A stretch of 32,000 nt of DNA, taken from NCBI RefSeq assembly GCF_042660085.1, contig NZ_JBHSTI010000008.1, forward strand, positions 1,269,876-1,301,875, read 5' to 3'. Positions 19,097 to 28,202 of this stretch are shown in pieces. Under the pieces are notes generated by a model. That model searched no databases, was not told where the DNA came from, and saw nothing but the letters and a program-made list of their open reading frames with translations. The position numbers were made by a program, and so were the translations under genes. How positions within the stretch are numbered: position 1 is the first letter of the stretch; each line of letters starts with the position of its first letter. Origin of the DNA: Longivirga aurantiaca (lineage in GTDB: Bacteria > Actinomycetota > Actinomycetes > S36-B12 > CAIYMF01).

Positions 19097-19157
19097 CCGC
19101 ACGCTGGTGCGGGGTCCGGTCACACCTCAGGAGGGCTGTCCGACGGGCGGCCCTCCT
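19097..19157 (+). terminator. Tandem short hairpins after the secreted protein gene
   Basis: ccgcac-gctg-gtgcgg (19097-19112) followed by aggagggc...gccctcct (19129-19136 / 19150-19157). Confidence 0.4.
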
Positions 19158-19270
19158 CGCTGGTCGCCCGCGAACGAAGGACTCCATGGCTCACGCGCCG
19201 TGCCGCACGCCCTTATGGCCCACCGCGCATAGGCGCCGTTCTGGCTCGCGTCACTCGATCGATTCGGGGG

Positions 19271-19818
19271 TCATGTGATCGTCACCGCCGCCATCACGGG
19301 GAGAGCGACCGGGTTGGGGTCGTAGGGCGGGACTCCGTGGATGGCCGACGCGACTGCGCGCGCGAGCACGATCACCAGTGCCGACGTCACCAAGGCCGGC
19401 GCTCGCCAGCCTCGACGAGTGCCGTCCTCGCGCCGCCAGAGCAGCGCCACACTCGGGATCAGGATGAGGGCCGCCGCGAGCAACTCGAGGCTGATGATGT
19501 GCCAGGTCGCGGGAACCCACCCGTCGACCACCACTCGGTGCCGAACCCGAACAGGAACACGACCAGCGCCTGGCAGCCGGTGATCACTCGAAGCCGTGCC
19601 GTGCGCGCCATGCCCTGGTCGCGCGGGCGGACCCAGGCCGGGGAGGCGAGGACGGCCAGCACGAGCAGCGCCGGACCGAGGAACAGCAGCATCAGTGGTG
19701 CCCAGGTGACGTCGCTGTCCCAGTTGGGCACGCCGGGCAGGGTGGTTGCGGCCTGCCAGGCCCCCATCCATCCGACTGCCGCCAGCGTAGGCATCCCGAG
19801 CACGGCCCAGACGATCAT
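19271..19818 (-). pseudogene. Integral membrane protein gene apparently split by a frameshift
   Basis: One frame gives MIVWAVLGMPTLAAVGWMGAWQAA...CQALVVFLFGFGTEWWSTGG; the adjacent frame continues with WVPATWHIISLELLAAALILIPSVALLWRRE...VMAAVTIT*. The switch is near 19516-19530. Confidence 0.6.
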
Positions 19819-20103
19819 CTAGAAGCGGTGGCTGATCTCGACAGCCGCAGGTGAACCCGGTAAAGCATCGGGAGTCACCGCGGAGACCGTGTCGGGACTC
19901 TTCATGACGCACCCCCGCTTCCGAGCACACCCACGGCCAGCCCAGAATCTGCGGCCAGGCCCGCTGCCTCCAGTCCCCCACTCGCCGGTGGCTCGAGGCA
20001 CACCCGCGGCTCGTTCCACGAACGCGGGACGACCGTCGCCGCCGTACACCAGGAACGACCTGCCGACTTTGTGATCACGCGCCACGCTCATGCGAGTCCA
20101 AAG

Positions 20104-20130
20104 CGATATCGCTCGGGCATCTGACGGGTC
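20104..20130 (+). repeat. 27-bp direct repeat, copy 1
   Basis: cgatatcgctcgggcatctgacgggtc, identical to 20935-20961. Confidence 0.9.
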
Positions 20131-20210
20131 GTTCACACGCTTCCGGACGCTTCTGACTTACGACCGGACGACACATACCCGAGAGATATCCGGCAATAGG
20201 GCGCGGCGCC

Positions 20211-20852
20211 TCAGGACGATTCGGGCTGTCCCCGCGTGATCGCCAGGGTCGCCAGCAGGTCCTCGTGCAGTTCGAACCAGGTGCCGTGGAAGGAGTCCCC
20301 GCGAGGTCGGTCGATCCAGGCGCGCTCTCCCTTGTCGACCATGTCAAGAGCGTGCGCCAGCCGCTCGGGATACCCCCGGAACCGTGCCAACTCGGCATCC
20401 AGTTCCGAGCACAGCGGATGGACCCGTCGCAGCAACGAGCGCAGGTCGGCGAGGACGCGGTCGTCCCAGCGCCAGTCGCCGTGGTCGTTGGCCGCGAGCG
20501 GGTCACCCGGCAACGGTCGGATCTGCCAGTTCGTGACGGCGGTCAGGAACCGGCCATTCAACTCAACGAACCGGTCGTGTACGGACGCAATCTGCGTTCG
20601 AAGTCCGGTCCGCGTGAGTTCGTCGGCCAGGAGGCGCTCATGCTCGGCGTGGCCCAGAGCCGTCAGGGTCCAGCCGCAGAGGTCAGCGAACCCGACTCGC
20701 TCGACCTGACCGACGGCCTGGTGGTCGAGCAAGGACTCGCTGACCAGGTCCTGCTCCAGTCCGAATCGTCGCGCGACGGCTTTGTCCTCGGCCATCCCCA
20801 TCAGCCGGAGCGCGTGCAGGATCAGGAGGTCCGGCGAGGAGTCATAGGGCAC
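20211..20852 (-). CDS. Conserved actinobacterial protein, probable transcriptional regulator-like
   Basis: SSPDLLILHALRLMGMAEDKAVARRFGLEQDLVSESLLDHQAVGQVERVGFADLCGWTLTALGHAEHERLLADELTR resembles a winged-helix N-terminus. GTG start at 20852 chosen; the frame is open to an ATG at 20951 inside the direct repeat. Confidence 0.65.
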   Translation of the reverse strand: MPYDSSPDLLILHALRLMGMAEDKAVARRFGLEQDLVSESLLDHQAVGQVERVGFADLCGWTLTALGHAEHERLLADELTRTGLRTQIASVHDRFVELNGRFLTAVTNWQIRPLPGDPLAANDHGDWRWDDRVLADLRSLLRRVHPLCSELDAELARFRGYPERLAHALDMVDKGERAWIDRPRGDSFHGTWFELHEDLLATLAITRGQPESS

Positions 20853-20934
20853 GGGGCGATCGTAGGCAGCCAGACTCGGCACGATCGAGGCACGACGTTC
20901 CCCTGGCAGCGAACGCCGCCCCGAGCAGATGTGC

Positions 20935-20961
20935 CGATATCGCTCGGGCATCTGACGGGTC
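20935..20961 (+). repeat. 27-bp direct repeat, copy 2
   Basis: cgatatcgctcgggcatctgacgggtc, identical to 20104-20130; overlaps two bases of the Flp gene stop codon. Confidence 0.9.
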
Positions 20962-21352
20962 AGTCGTCCCCGCTGTCGTTGCTGTTCGAGCTGCCGTTGG
21001 TCCCGTTCTTGCCGTTGCCGTTCTTGCCGTTGTTCCCGTTGTCGCCGTTCCCGCTCTTGCCGCTCGAGGAGGAGGGTGACGCTGCCGGGACGGGGGCCGA
21101 GGACGGCGCGGTCGTGGCGGCGCTCGTCGCTGCGGGGGTGGGCGGCGAGGTGGGTGCGGTCGTGGGCGACGCCGTCGGTGCCGCGACGGAGCAGACGCCG
21201 TCGAAGCAGTTGTTCATCGAGCCCACACTGGCGAGGGCACGCTTGCCGAGAGCACCGATCCCGAGCACGACACCGGCCACGAGCATGACGACGAGCGCGT
21301 ACTCCACGACCGAGGCACCGCGGTCCGAGCGGAGGCGGGAGAAGAGGCTCAC
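20960..21352 (-). CDS. Flp-family type IVb pilin with a low-complexity Gly/Asn/Ser-rich C-terminal tail
   Basis: MSLFSRLRSDRGASVVEYALVVMLVAGVVLGIGALGKRALASVGSMNNCFDGVCS: prepilin-like G/A cleavage region and E5-type Glu, then a P/T/S/A-rich and an NG-rich tail. Confidence 0.82.
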   Translation of the reverse strand: MSLFSRLRSDRGASVVEYALVVMLVAGVVLGIGALGKRALASVGSMNNCFDGVCSVAAPTASPTTAPTSPPTPAATSAATTAPSSAPVPAASPSSSSGKSGNGDNGNNGKNGNGKNGTNGSSNSNDSGDD

Positions 21353-21411
21353 GAGGGTCCTTCCCTACGGGCGGTCCCGGCGGGACCTCGTCCGAGGGTG
21401 GAGGATCCGGC

Positions 21412-21648
21412 TCACGGGACAGCCACCCTCAGCCTCTCCGCACGGTCAAGGTCTGCCGAGCCGGGAGAGAGGGCGTGGGCGGGGGACGCTCGACGGCCGT
21501 GGGCCTGCGCGGCAGCCGAGCAGCTTCCGTGCTCGATGCACTCCGCGAGGGGGGCGGCTCTGGTGCCGGCGGCGATCCGGTTGACCGCGAGGAGTGCGAG
21601 GGCCACGAGCAGGAAGGCCATGAGGAACTGGGGCGTCAGCTCGTCCAT
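21412..21648 (-). CDS. Short hypothetical single-TM protein, possibly a degraded pilin-like gene
   Basis: MDELTPQFLMAFLLVALALLAVNRIAAG...; upstream in-frame codons read RTAARSDRGAA like a prepilin leader, but no start codon precedes them before an in-frame stop. Confidence 0.35.
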   Translation of the reverse strand: MDELTPQFLMAFLLVALALLAVNRIAAGTRAAPLAECIEHGSCSAAAQAHGRRASPAHALSPGSADLDRAERLRVAVP

Positions 21649-21817
21649 GGCGGCACCGCGGTCCGAGCGTGCAGCGGTGCGGAAGGACGTGAGGATGCGG
21701 TGCGCAGGCGTGGACTCCGGGGTCGGCTACCCAGGGTGCCCGGCGTACCTCTCGGGTCCCGCTTCAGCGACGCCCGGACAGCTCAGGATGTAGCGCTACG
21801 CACGTGCTCGGTCGCTC

Positions 21818-22300
21818 TCAGGTCATCACGGCGACGGAGGCCCAGATGCCGGTCGCGGCGACGGCGGCGACGAGCCCGATGAGCACCGACAGCCCGGTTC
21901 CCTTCATGGCGGTGACCGTGGAGGGCCAGGCCGCGGCATGGTCGGGCAGCCTCACCCGCTCGGCGAGGTAGACGCCGAGCACGAATCCGAGCGGCAGGCC
22001 CACTACCGGCACGACGAAGAAGCCCGCGATCCCGAGGAGCCCTCCGACCACCAGGGTGCGCGTCGGGATCCCCGCCGCGGTCATCTGCCTGCCCGGGATC
22101 AGGATCGTCAGCGCATAGCCCACGACGAGCACGGCGCAGGCCAGCAGCGCGGTGACCCAGGCGGTGGCCCCGCCCTCGACCACGGCCCAGACGACGATCG
22201 CCCCGCCCACGAGCACGCTGCCGGGCAGCACGGGGAGGATCGTTCCTACGACGCCCACGAGGCACGCGAGCAGGACGAGCCACTCACCCCAGGCCGGCAT
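21818..22300 (-). CDS. DUF456 domain-containing membrane protein
   Basis: WLVLLACLVGVVGTILPVLPGSVLVGGAIVVWAVVEGG...GIPTRTLVVGGLLGIAGFFVVPVVGLPLGFVLGVYLAERVR. Confidence 0.88.
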   Translation of the reverse strand: MPAWGEWLVLLACLVGVVGTILPVLPGSVLVGGAIVVWAVVEGGATAWVTALLACAVLVVGYALTILIPGRQMTAAGIPTRTLVVGGLLGIAGFFVVPVVGLPLGFVLGVYLAERVRLPDHAAAWPSTVTAMKGTGLSVLIGLVAAVAATGIWASVAVMT

Positions 22301-22638
22301 GCGGGCAGGCTACGTCACCGGAGCAGGGAGCTGCCGGAGCTGATCGTGGCGAGAGGTTGCGTGACGGTCCGTGACTGCCGTTTCGCTACGGGGAGTCACA
22401 CGGTCACACGGACGGGTCAGCCGGAAAACCTCCGTTGCTCCGTCCGGGCGACTGTTGTTCTCCTCCCGATCTACATGAGGGTGCCCCGAGTCACACTCGT
22501 AGTGGATCCAGCGAGCAGAGGGATCCGTCTCGAGGAGGCTTTGACCTGCGACCGTCGCGCACGGTCACCTTCCCCCGTCCCGGGGGCCGGTCGCAGCGAG
22601 CCAGTGGTGAGACCGGCCTCGTGGTTGGGGAGACCACC

Positions 22639-25600
22639 ATGGCCATGTCCGCTCGCGTCCTGACCCGGAGCCGCACCGCCCGCCGCTGGCTGGCCGGAGG
22701 CACCGCAGCAGCGCTCGCCACCCTCACCATCCCGTTCCTCGCCGTGACGCCGGCCAGCGCCGCGCTCGGCGACACGTTCGGGCCGTTCGAGGTCGACGGC
22801 GACCTCGTCGCGCAGTCGGTCGTCGACTGGGGCAACGTAGGCGTCTCGAACGTCGTCACGGTCAACGACAACTTCAGCCTGTCGTCGAACCAGGACGACA
22901 CCACGTTCAAGTCGAACTCCAAGGAGTACGACGCGACGGCCAGCACCAACGGCTGGCCCAACTGGGACACCGAGGCGGCCAACAACGCTGCCGACAAGAC
23001 CGATTTCGGCCGCGTCGCCATCTACAACAAGAACATCCCCGGTACGCCGCCCGCGCAGTGGACGTACATCGGGTTCGACCGCGGCTCGGCGACCGGCACG
23101 GGCAAGTTCGCCGTCGAGCTCAACCAGATCAAGTCCTCCACCCCGAACGGCAACCCGCGCCGATCGGTGGGCGACGTTCGCTTCATCGTGTGGGACCAGG
23201 GCAGCGGCTCGATCACCCTGCAGGGCGACGCGCAGAACACCGACGTCGGTGCGTACGTGTGGTCCGACCCCGACAGCACCACGCCCGGGTTCGAGGACGT
23301 CGCGCCGTACGACGGTTCGTGGGTGAAGTTCTCCAACGCCATCGCCGTCGCCAACTTCGCCGGCGCCGTCAACAGCGCGTCGGTCGCGGTCCCGAGCTGG
23401 TGGACCGGCAACAACGTCGTGAACAGCACCGTGGGTGCGGACCAGTTCGTCGAGTTCGGCTTCAACCTGACCGGCCTCGGCGCGACGCTCGGCTGCCCGT
23501 CGCAGGGCTTCAAGGCCTGGAACATGCGGTCGCTCACCGGCACCGGCCAGACCGGCGCGCTCAAGGACCTCATCAAGGAGCAGCCGATCGACATCCCGTC
23601 GACCTGCGGCACCATCGTCCTGACCAAGGAGTCGCTCGGCGGCGTCGGCCTCCCGGGCGCCCAGTTCACCATCACGCCGGACCCGACCCCGGGCAGCGAC
23701 GAGGACAGCCTCGTCGTCACCAGCGGTCCCGACGGCAGCGTCACCATCAGCCCGGCCGTCCCCGGCACCTACTCGGTCTCCGAGACGACCGCGCCGTTGG
23801 GCTACATCCTGGTGCCGTGGACGCACACGTTCACGCTCGGCGACAGCGGCACGTACTCCTACACCTTCCGCAACCCGCTCGGTGACATCACCTGGACCAA
23901 GAACTACCAGGGCTACACCACCCAGCAGTCCTTCCCGCAGGGCTTCACCGGTCAGACCTTCACGGTGACCCGCGCGGACGACGCCGTCGACATGACCAAC
24001 GCGCAGTTCGCGACCATCAGCGGCATCACCGCCACCGGCTGCCCCGCTGCGTGCACCCTCACGGTCACCGACAACGGCGCCCGTGACAGCGACAGCGCCT
24101 GGGGCCGGATCCGCGTCAACAACCTCCCGGTCGGCAGCTACACGGTCACCGAGCCCGCGTCCGGCGCACCCGCCGGCTTCGGGGTCGGCGGCGGCTCGGG
24201 CACCGCGGTGGTCCCGTCCTTCCTCGCCACCGCACCGATGGACGACGAGGACAACCTCATCAACCACCTCGCCGTGGTCACCCGCAACGGTGGCGCCACG
24301 ACGGCCGGCACCACCTTCGACAACCCGCGCCTGCCTGCCAGGCTCGCGGTCAAGAAGGTCGGCCAGCCGGGCAACGTCGCCGTCGAGGGCGCGGTCTTCG
24401 ACCTCTACCGGGTCGTCGGCACCAAGGACGCGAACCCCGGTACGGGCGACGACGTCGCGGTCGGCCAGGTGACGACCGGCGCCACCGGCGTCGGCACCTC
24501 CGGAAACCTCGCCTGGGGCTCGAGCTACTACTTCGTCGAGATCTCCGTCCCGGCCCCGTGGAACCTCCCGGACAACCGGGTCACGGACGCCGTGGCGCTG
24601 ACCGCGGCCGACGCCACGGCCCAGGCCGGCGGCACCGCCGTCCAGATCCTCACGGTCAACGACCCGAGGACGACCATCACGACCGACGCTCAGGATGCGA
24701 CCAACCTCCCGGGCGGCACGCTGAACGACGTCGCCACCGTCTCCGGCATCCGCAACGACGCCGGCGGCACGATCACCTTCACCGCCTACGGCCCGTTCGA
24801 GACGACGGACGCCGTGGGTGTCTGCACCGCCGACAACCTGGTCTTCACGACCCAGAGCACGAGCATCAAGGGCTCGGTCGTCGGGAACACGGTGACGGTC
24901 ACCTCGGCCGACTTCGCCCCTGAGGTCGCCGGCTACTACTACTGGATCGCCAGCTACAGCGGCGACGCGACCACGGGCACCCTCGGTGCCACGGGCGAGT
25001 GCGGAGACCCCGCCGAGATCAGCTCGGTCGAGCCCGCCACCCCCGGCATCTCGACCGCAGCCGACGGCGAGCGCACCCTCCCGAGCGCGACCCTGTACGA
25101 CGTCGCCACGGTCGTCGGACTCACCCCCGACGCCACGGGCACCGTCACCTTCCGCCTCTACGGCCCCGGCGACGCCACCTGCTCCGCGGCCCCGGTGTTC
25201 GCGCCCGCGCCGATCGCCCTCGGCCCGGTGTCCGAGGACAACGGCGTGTACTTCGCCCGCGTCACCTCGACCACCTACACGGCGAACGCGCCGGGGGTCT
25301 ACCGCTGGATCGCCAGCTACTCCGGCGACGCCAACAACGTCCCGGTGAGCGGCGCCTGCAACGACGCGAACGAGAACTGGCGCGTCGACAAGGCCCCGAC
25401 CGACATCACGACGACGGCCACGGCCACCGCCACCCTCCCGAACGCGCAGATCGGTGACAGCGCGACCATCACCGGTCTCACCACCGATGCGTCCGGCACC
25501 GTCACCTTCCGCCTCTACGGCCCGGTGACAGGCATCAACCCGGTGCCGACCTGCACCGCGCAGGTGGGCAACGACCTCACCGTCTCCTTCGCCAAGGAGC

Positions 25601-28176
25601 AGGTCGCCGGCAACGGCACGATCACGGTCTCCAGCCCGTTGGTGACGGTGAACGTGGCCGGCGCCTACTACTGGATCGCCAGCTACTCCGGCGACGCCAA
25701 CAACGACCCGGCCGCCGGAGCCTGCGGCGACACGGGCGAGACCACCATCGTCAGCCCCGGCCAGCCCACCATCGTCACGACGGCCACGCCGACCGTGACG
25801 CTCGGCTCCGGCTCGACCGGCGCGACCATCTTCGACACCGCGACCCTCGGCAACCTCACGCCGACCGCGAGCGGCACCGTGACGTTCACCGTCTACGGCC
25901 CGTTCGCCGCCGACGAGAGCATCGTCTGCTCGCCAGACAGCCTGCACGCGACGCGCACCGTCACGTTCCCGGCGCCGACGCCGGTCAACGGCTCCGTCGC
26001 GGTGTTCACCTCGGTGCCCGTCACCGAGGCCGGCACGTACGCCTGGCTTGCCTCGTACGGCGGCGACGCCAACAACAAGTCCGTGAGCCACGCCTGCGGC
26101 GACATCACGCCTCCGAACCAGGAGCGCTCGGTCGTCGAGCCGGCCACGCCGAGCATCGAGACGCTGGCGACCCAGTCGGCGATCCTCGGGCTCGCCGACG
26201 AGGCCACCGTGAACATCTCCGACACGGCCACCCTCACCGGGCTGACCGACGGCGCCACGGGCACGGTCTCGTTCAGCCTCTACGGGCCGGACGACGCCAC
26301 CTGTGCGACCGAGCCGCTCGACACCGTGACCGGCGTGAGCATCGCCGGCCTCGTCGAGGACGGCTTCGCCGAGGTGTCCAGCGGACCGGTCACGGTCTCC
26401 GCGCCCGGCACCTACCGGTGGATCGCCACGTACTCCGGCGATTCCGACAACGTCGGCGTCGCCGGCGCCTGCAACGACCCGGGCGAGAGCACGGTCGTGA
26501 CGCAGGGCGACCCCGGCATCGCCAAGATCGTGGAGAGCCCCGAGGGGACGCCGGTCACCGGCTCCGTCGCGGTCGGCACGGTCCTGCACTACACCGTGAC
26601 CGTCTCCAACTCCGGCACGGCATCGGTCACGGCCGACGTCATCGACGTGCTCCCGGCGGGCCTCGGCGCTCCGACGGGCATCAGCAACGGCGGCACCTAC
26701 GCCGCGGGCACGCGCACCATCACGTGGCCCCAGGTCACCCTCGCGGGCGGTGCCACCCTCGGCCTGGAGTACGACGCCGAGGTGCTCGCCTCCGCCGCGG
26801 CGCCGGGCAAGGACACGCTCATCAACGACGCGTCCTGGTTCGACCTGCACGCGACGACGACGACCAAGGTCAAGTGGCTCGAGCTCGGGGTCACCCCGAT
26901 CTGCGCGGTCGAGGGCTCGCACGCCGTCGAGGTGGGCTACAGCCTCCGGTCGCACAACTTCGAGTACTTCGGGGCGAGCGGACCGTTCGGCGTCACCCTC
27001 GCGTGGAACGGCGGCGCGGTGGCACCTGCCACGGTCGACGGTGCCCCGCAGGGCATGGGAACGATGATCCTGTCCGACAGCAGCGCGGTGAAGGGGATCC
27101 TGTACTACCCGGGCACCACCGTCACCGATGGCGTCGCCACCGACTGGCCGGGCTGGGCCTACGACGCCACGACGAACACGTGGACGCCGGCTGACGACGG
27201 GCTCCTCCCGTCGGTCGACCTCACGGCCGCATCCAACGGCGTCGACGCCACGGTCGCCGTCACGTACGACGACGACGCGGCGTGCAACCCGCCGGGGATC
27301 CCGACCCTCGTGAAGAGCTCGCCGAACGAGGTGGGCTCCCAGGCCAACCTCAGCGGCAACGTCGCCAGCGGTTCGACGATCCACTACGTCATCACGCTCA
27401 CCAACACGGGCGGCACGACGGTCGTCAGCGACCTCGTGGACACCCTGCCGGCGGGCGTGACACCGGTGGCGGGCACGTACACCCCGGCGGATCCGGACTC
27501 CGAGGCGGGTCAGACCCTGACCTGGGCGGACGTCGCCGTCGCTGCGGGCCAGACCGTCACCTACGAGTTCGACGTGACGGTGGATGCCCAGGCGGCGCCG
27601 GGTGACATCGTCGACCTGGTCAATGTCGCCACCTGGGCCGGGCTCGAGGACACGGCGAGGCACGTGGTCGTGGGCGAGGGCGCTCAGCAGGACCCGACTC
27701 TCGACAAGAGCTCGGACCCGGCCTCGGGGTCGACCGTCTCGGTCGGTGACGTGATCACCTACACCGTCAAGGTCGGCAACACGGGGAACGTGCCGATCAC
27801 CGGCGACCTCGTCGACACGCTGCCCGACGGCGTCGAGGTCGTGGGCGGGTACACCCGTGACGACGGCGGCAAGGCCGAGCCCGACACCGCGACGAGCGAC
27901 GCGCTCATCTGGAAGGCCGTGACGGTCCTGCCGGGTCAGGTCGTGACGTTCACCTACGAGGTCAAGGTGCTCGACTCGGCGGAGGGCGCACTCGTCAACA
28001 CCGCGGAGTGGGTCGGCCTGAAGGACGACACCACCCACCGGGTCGGACAGCCGCAGCTGCCGCAGACCGGGCTCGGGATGGACCCGCTCGCCTCCCTGCT
28101 GTGGGCCCTGGTCCTCGGTGGGCTGGGCGTGGTGCTCCTGGTGATCGGCCGGCGGCGCGAGCCGCAGCAGGGCTGA
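22639..28176 (+). CDS. Large LPXTG-anchored surface protein: SpaA/Cna-B-like domains, five Ig-like repeats, three DUF11-like repeats
   Basis: Signal peptide (MAMSARVLTRSRTARRWLAGGTAAALATLTIPFLAVTPASA), SpaA-like VLTKESLGGVGLPGAQFTI..., Ig-like GTVTFRLYGP...YYWIASYSGD repeats, DUF11-like SGSTVSVGDVITYTVKVGNTGN repeats, and a C-terminal LPQTG-TM-RRR signal. Confidence 0.92.
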   Translation: MAMSARVLTRSRTARRWLAGGTAAALATLTIPFLAVTPASAALGDTFGPFEVDGDLVAQSVVDWGNVGVSNVVTVNDNFSLSSNQDDTTFKSNSKEYDATASTNGWPNWDTEAANNAADKTDFGRVAIYNKNIPGTPPAQWTYIGFDRGSATGTGKFAVELNQIKSSTPNGNPRRSVGDVRFIVWDQGSGSITLQGDAQNTDVGAYVWSDPDSTTPGFEDVAPYDGSWVKFSNAIAVANFAGAVNSASVAVPSWWTGNNVVNSTVGADQFVEFGFNLTGLGATLGCPSQGFKAWNMRSLTGTGQTGALKDLIKEQPIDIPSTCGTIVLTKESLGGVGLPGAQFTITPDPTPGSDEDSLVVTSGPDGSVTISPAVPGTYSVSETTAPLGYILVPWTHTFTLGDSGTYSYTFRNPLGDITWTKNYQGYTTQQSFPQGFTGQTFTVTRADDAVDMTNAQFATISGITATGCPAACTLTVTDNGARDSDSAWGRIRVNNLPVGSYTVTEPASGAPAGFGVGGGSGTAVVPSFLATAPMDDEDNLINHLAVVTRNGGATTAGTTFDNPRLPARLAVKKVGQPGNVAVEGAVFDLYRVVGTKDANPGTGDDVAVGQVTTGATGVGTSGNLAWGSSYYFVEISVPAPWNLPDNRVTDAVALTAADATAQAGGTAVQILTVNDPRTTITTDAQDATNLPGGTLNDVATVSGIRNDAGGTITFTAYGPFETTDAVGVCTADNLVFTTQSTSIKGSVVGNTVTVTSADFAPEVAGYYYWIASYSGDATTGTLGATGECGDPAEISSVEPATPGISTAADGERTLPSATLYDVATVVGLTPDATGTVTFRLYGPGDATCSAAPVFAPAPIALGPVSEDNGVYFARVTSTTYTANAPGVYRWIASYSGDANNVPVSGACNDANENWRVDKAPTDITTTATATATLPNAQIGDSATITGLTTDASGTVTFRLYGPVTGINPVPTCTAQVGNDLTVSFAKEQVAGNGTITVSSPLVTVNVAGAYYWIASYSGDANNDPAAGACGDTGETTIVSPGQPTIVTTATPTVTLGSGSTGATIFDTATLGNLTPTASGTVTFTVYGPFAADESIVCSPDSLHATRTVTFPAPTPVNGSVAVFTSVPVTEAGTYAWLASYGGDANNKSVSHACGDITPPNQERSVVEPATPSIETLATQSAILGLADEATVNISDTATLTGLTDGATGTVSFSLYGPDDATCATEPLDTVTGVSIAGLVEDGFAEVSSGPVTVSAPGTYRWIATYSGDSDNVGVAGACNDPGESTVVTQGDPGIAKIVESPEGTPVTGSVAVGTVLHYTVTVSNSGTASVTADVIDVLPAGLGAPTGISNGGTYAAGTRTITWPQVTLAGGATLGLEYDAEVLASAAAPGKDTLINDASWFDLHATTTTKVKWLELGVTPICAVEGSHAVEVGYSLRSHNFEYFGASGPFGVTLAWNGGAVAPATVDGAPQGMGTMILSDSSAVKGILYYPGTTVTDGVATDWPGWAYDATTNTWTPADDGLLPSVDLTAASNGVDATVAVTYDDDAACNPPGIPTLVKSSPNEVGSQANLSGNVASGSTIHYVITLTNTGGTTVVSDLVDTLPAGVTPVAGTYTPADPDSEAGQTLTWADVAVAAGQTVTYEFDVTVDAQAAPGDIVDLVNVATWAGLEDTARHVVVGEGAQQDPTLDKSSDPASGSTVSVGDVITYTVKVGNTGNVPITGDLVDTLPDGVEVVGGYTRDDGGKAEPDTATSDALIWKAVTVLPGQVVTFTYEVKVLDSAEGALVNTAEWVGLKDDTTHRVGQPQLPQTGLGMDPLASLLWALVLGGLGVVLLVIGRRREPQQG
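24670..26510 (+). repeat. Array of five protein-level Ig-like repeats (about 330-375 nt each) inside the surface protein
   Basis: Units begin near 24670, 25050, 25390, 25760 and 26140. Each has D(T/V)AT(L/V)xxLTxxxxGTV(T/S)FxxYGP, one early Cys, Y(Y/A/R)WIASYSGD-type strand and a late Cys. Confidence 0.8.
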
Positions 28177-28202
28177 CCGAGCGCACGACCAGCGCGGGGA
28201 AC

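Noticed and set aside
19819-20136. 105-aa minus-strand ORF between the frameshifted membrane gene and the repeat
   Set aside because: No SD-supported start, no recognisable motif, and it overlaps direct repeat copy 1. Insufficient support for a coding call.
18044-20960. Possible novel defence island
   Set aside because: Genes here are a secreted orphan, a broken membrane protein, a regulator-like gene and a pilin. None carries nuclease, helicase, TIR, ATPase or RT motifs, so there is no sequence basis for a defence claim.
20104-20961. Possible CRISPR or attC/integron array from the direct repeats
   Set aside because: Only two copies, 831 bp apart with a gene between them. No regular spacers, no Cas genes and no integrase in the window.
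22391-22412. gtcacacggtcacacgg short tandem upstream of the surface protein
   Set aside because: Only two imperfectly bounded short units; too little to claim an operator or repeat family.
22471-28038. 1855-aa antisense ORF opposite the LPXTG surface protein
   Set aside because: Typical spurious open frame in high-GC DNA opposite a real gene. The translation is low-complexity R/G/V-rich with no recognisable motif, while the sense frame has clear domains.
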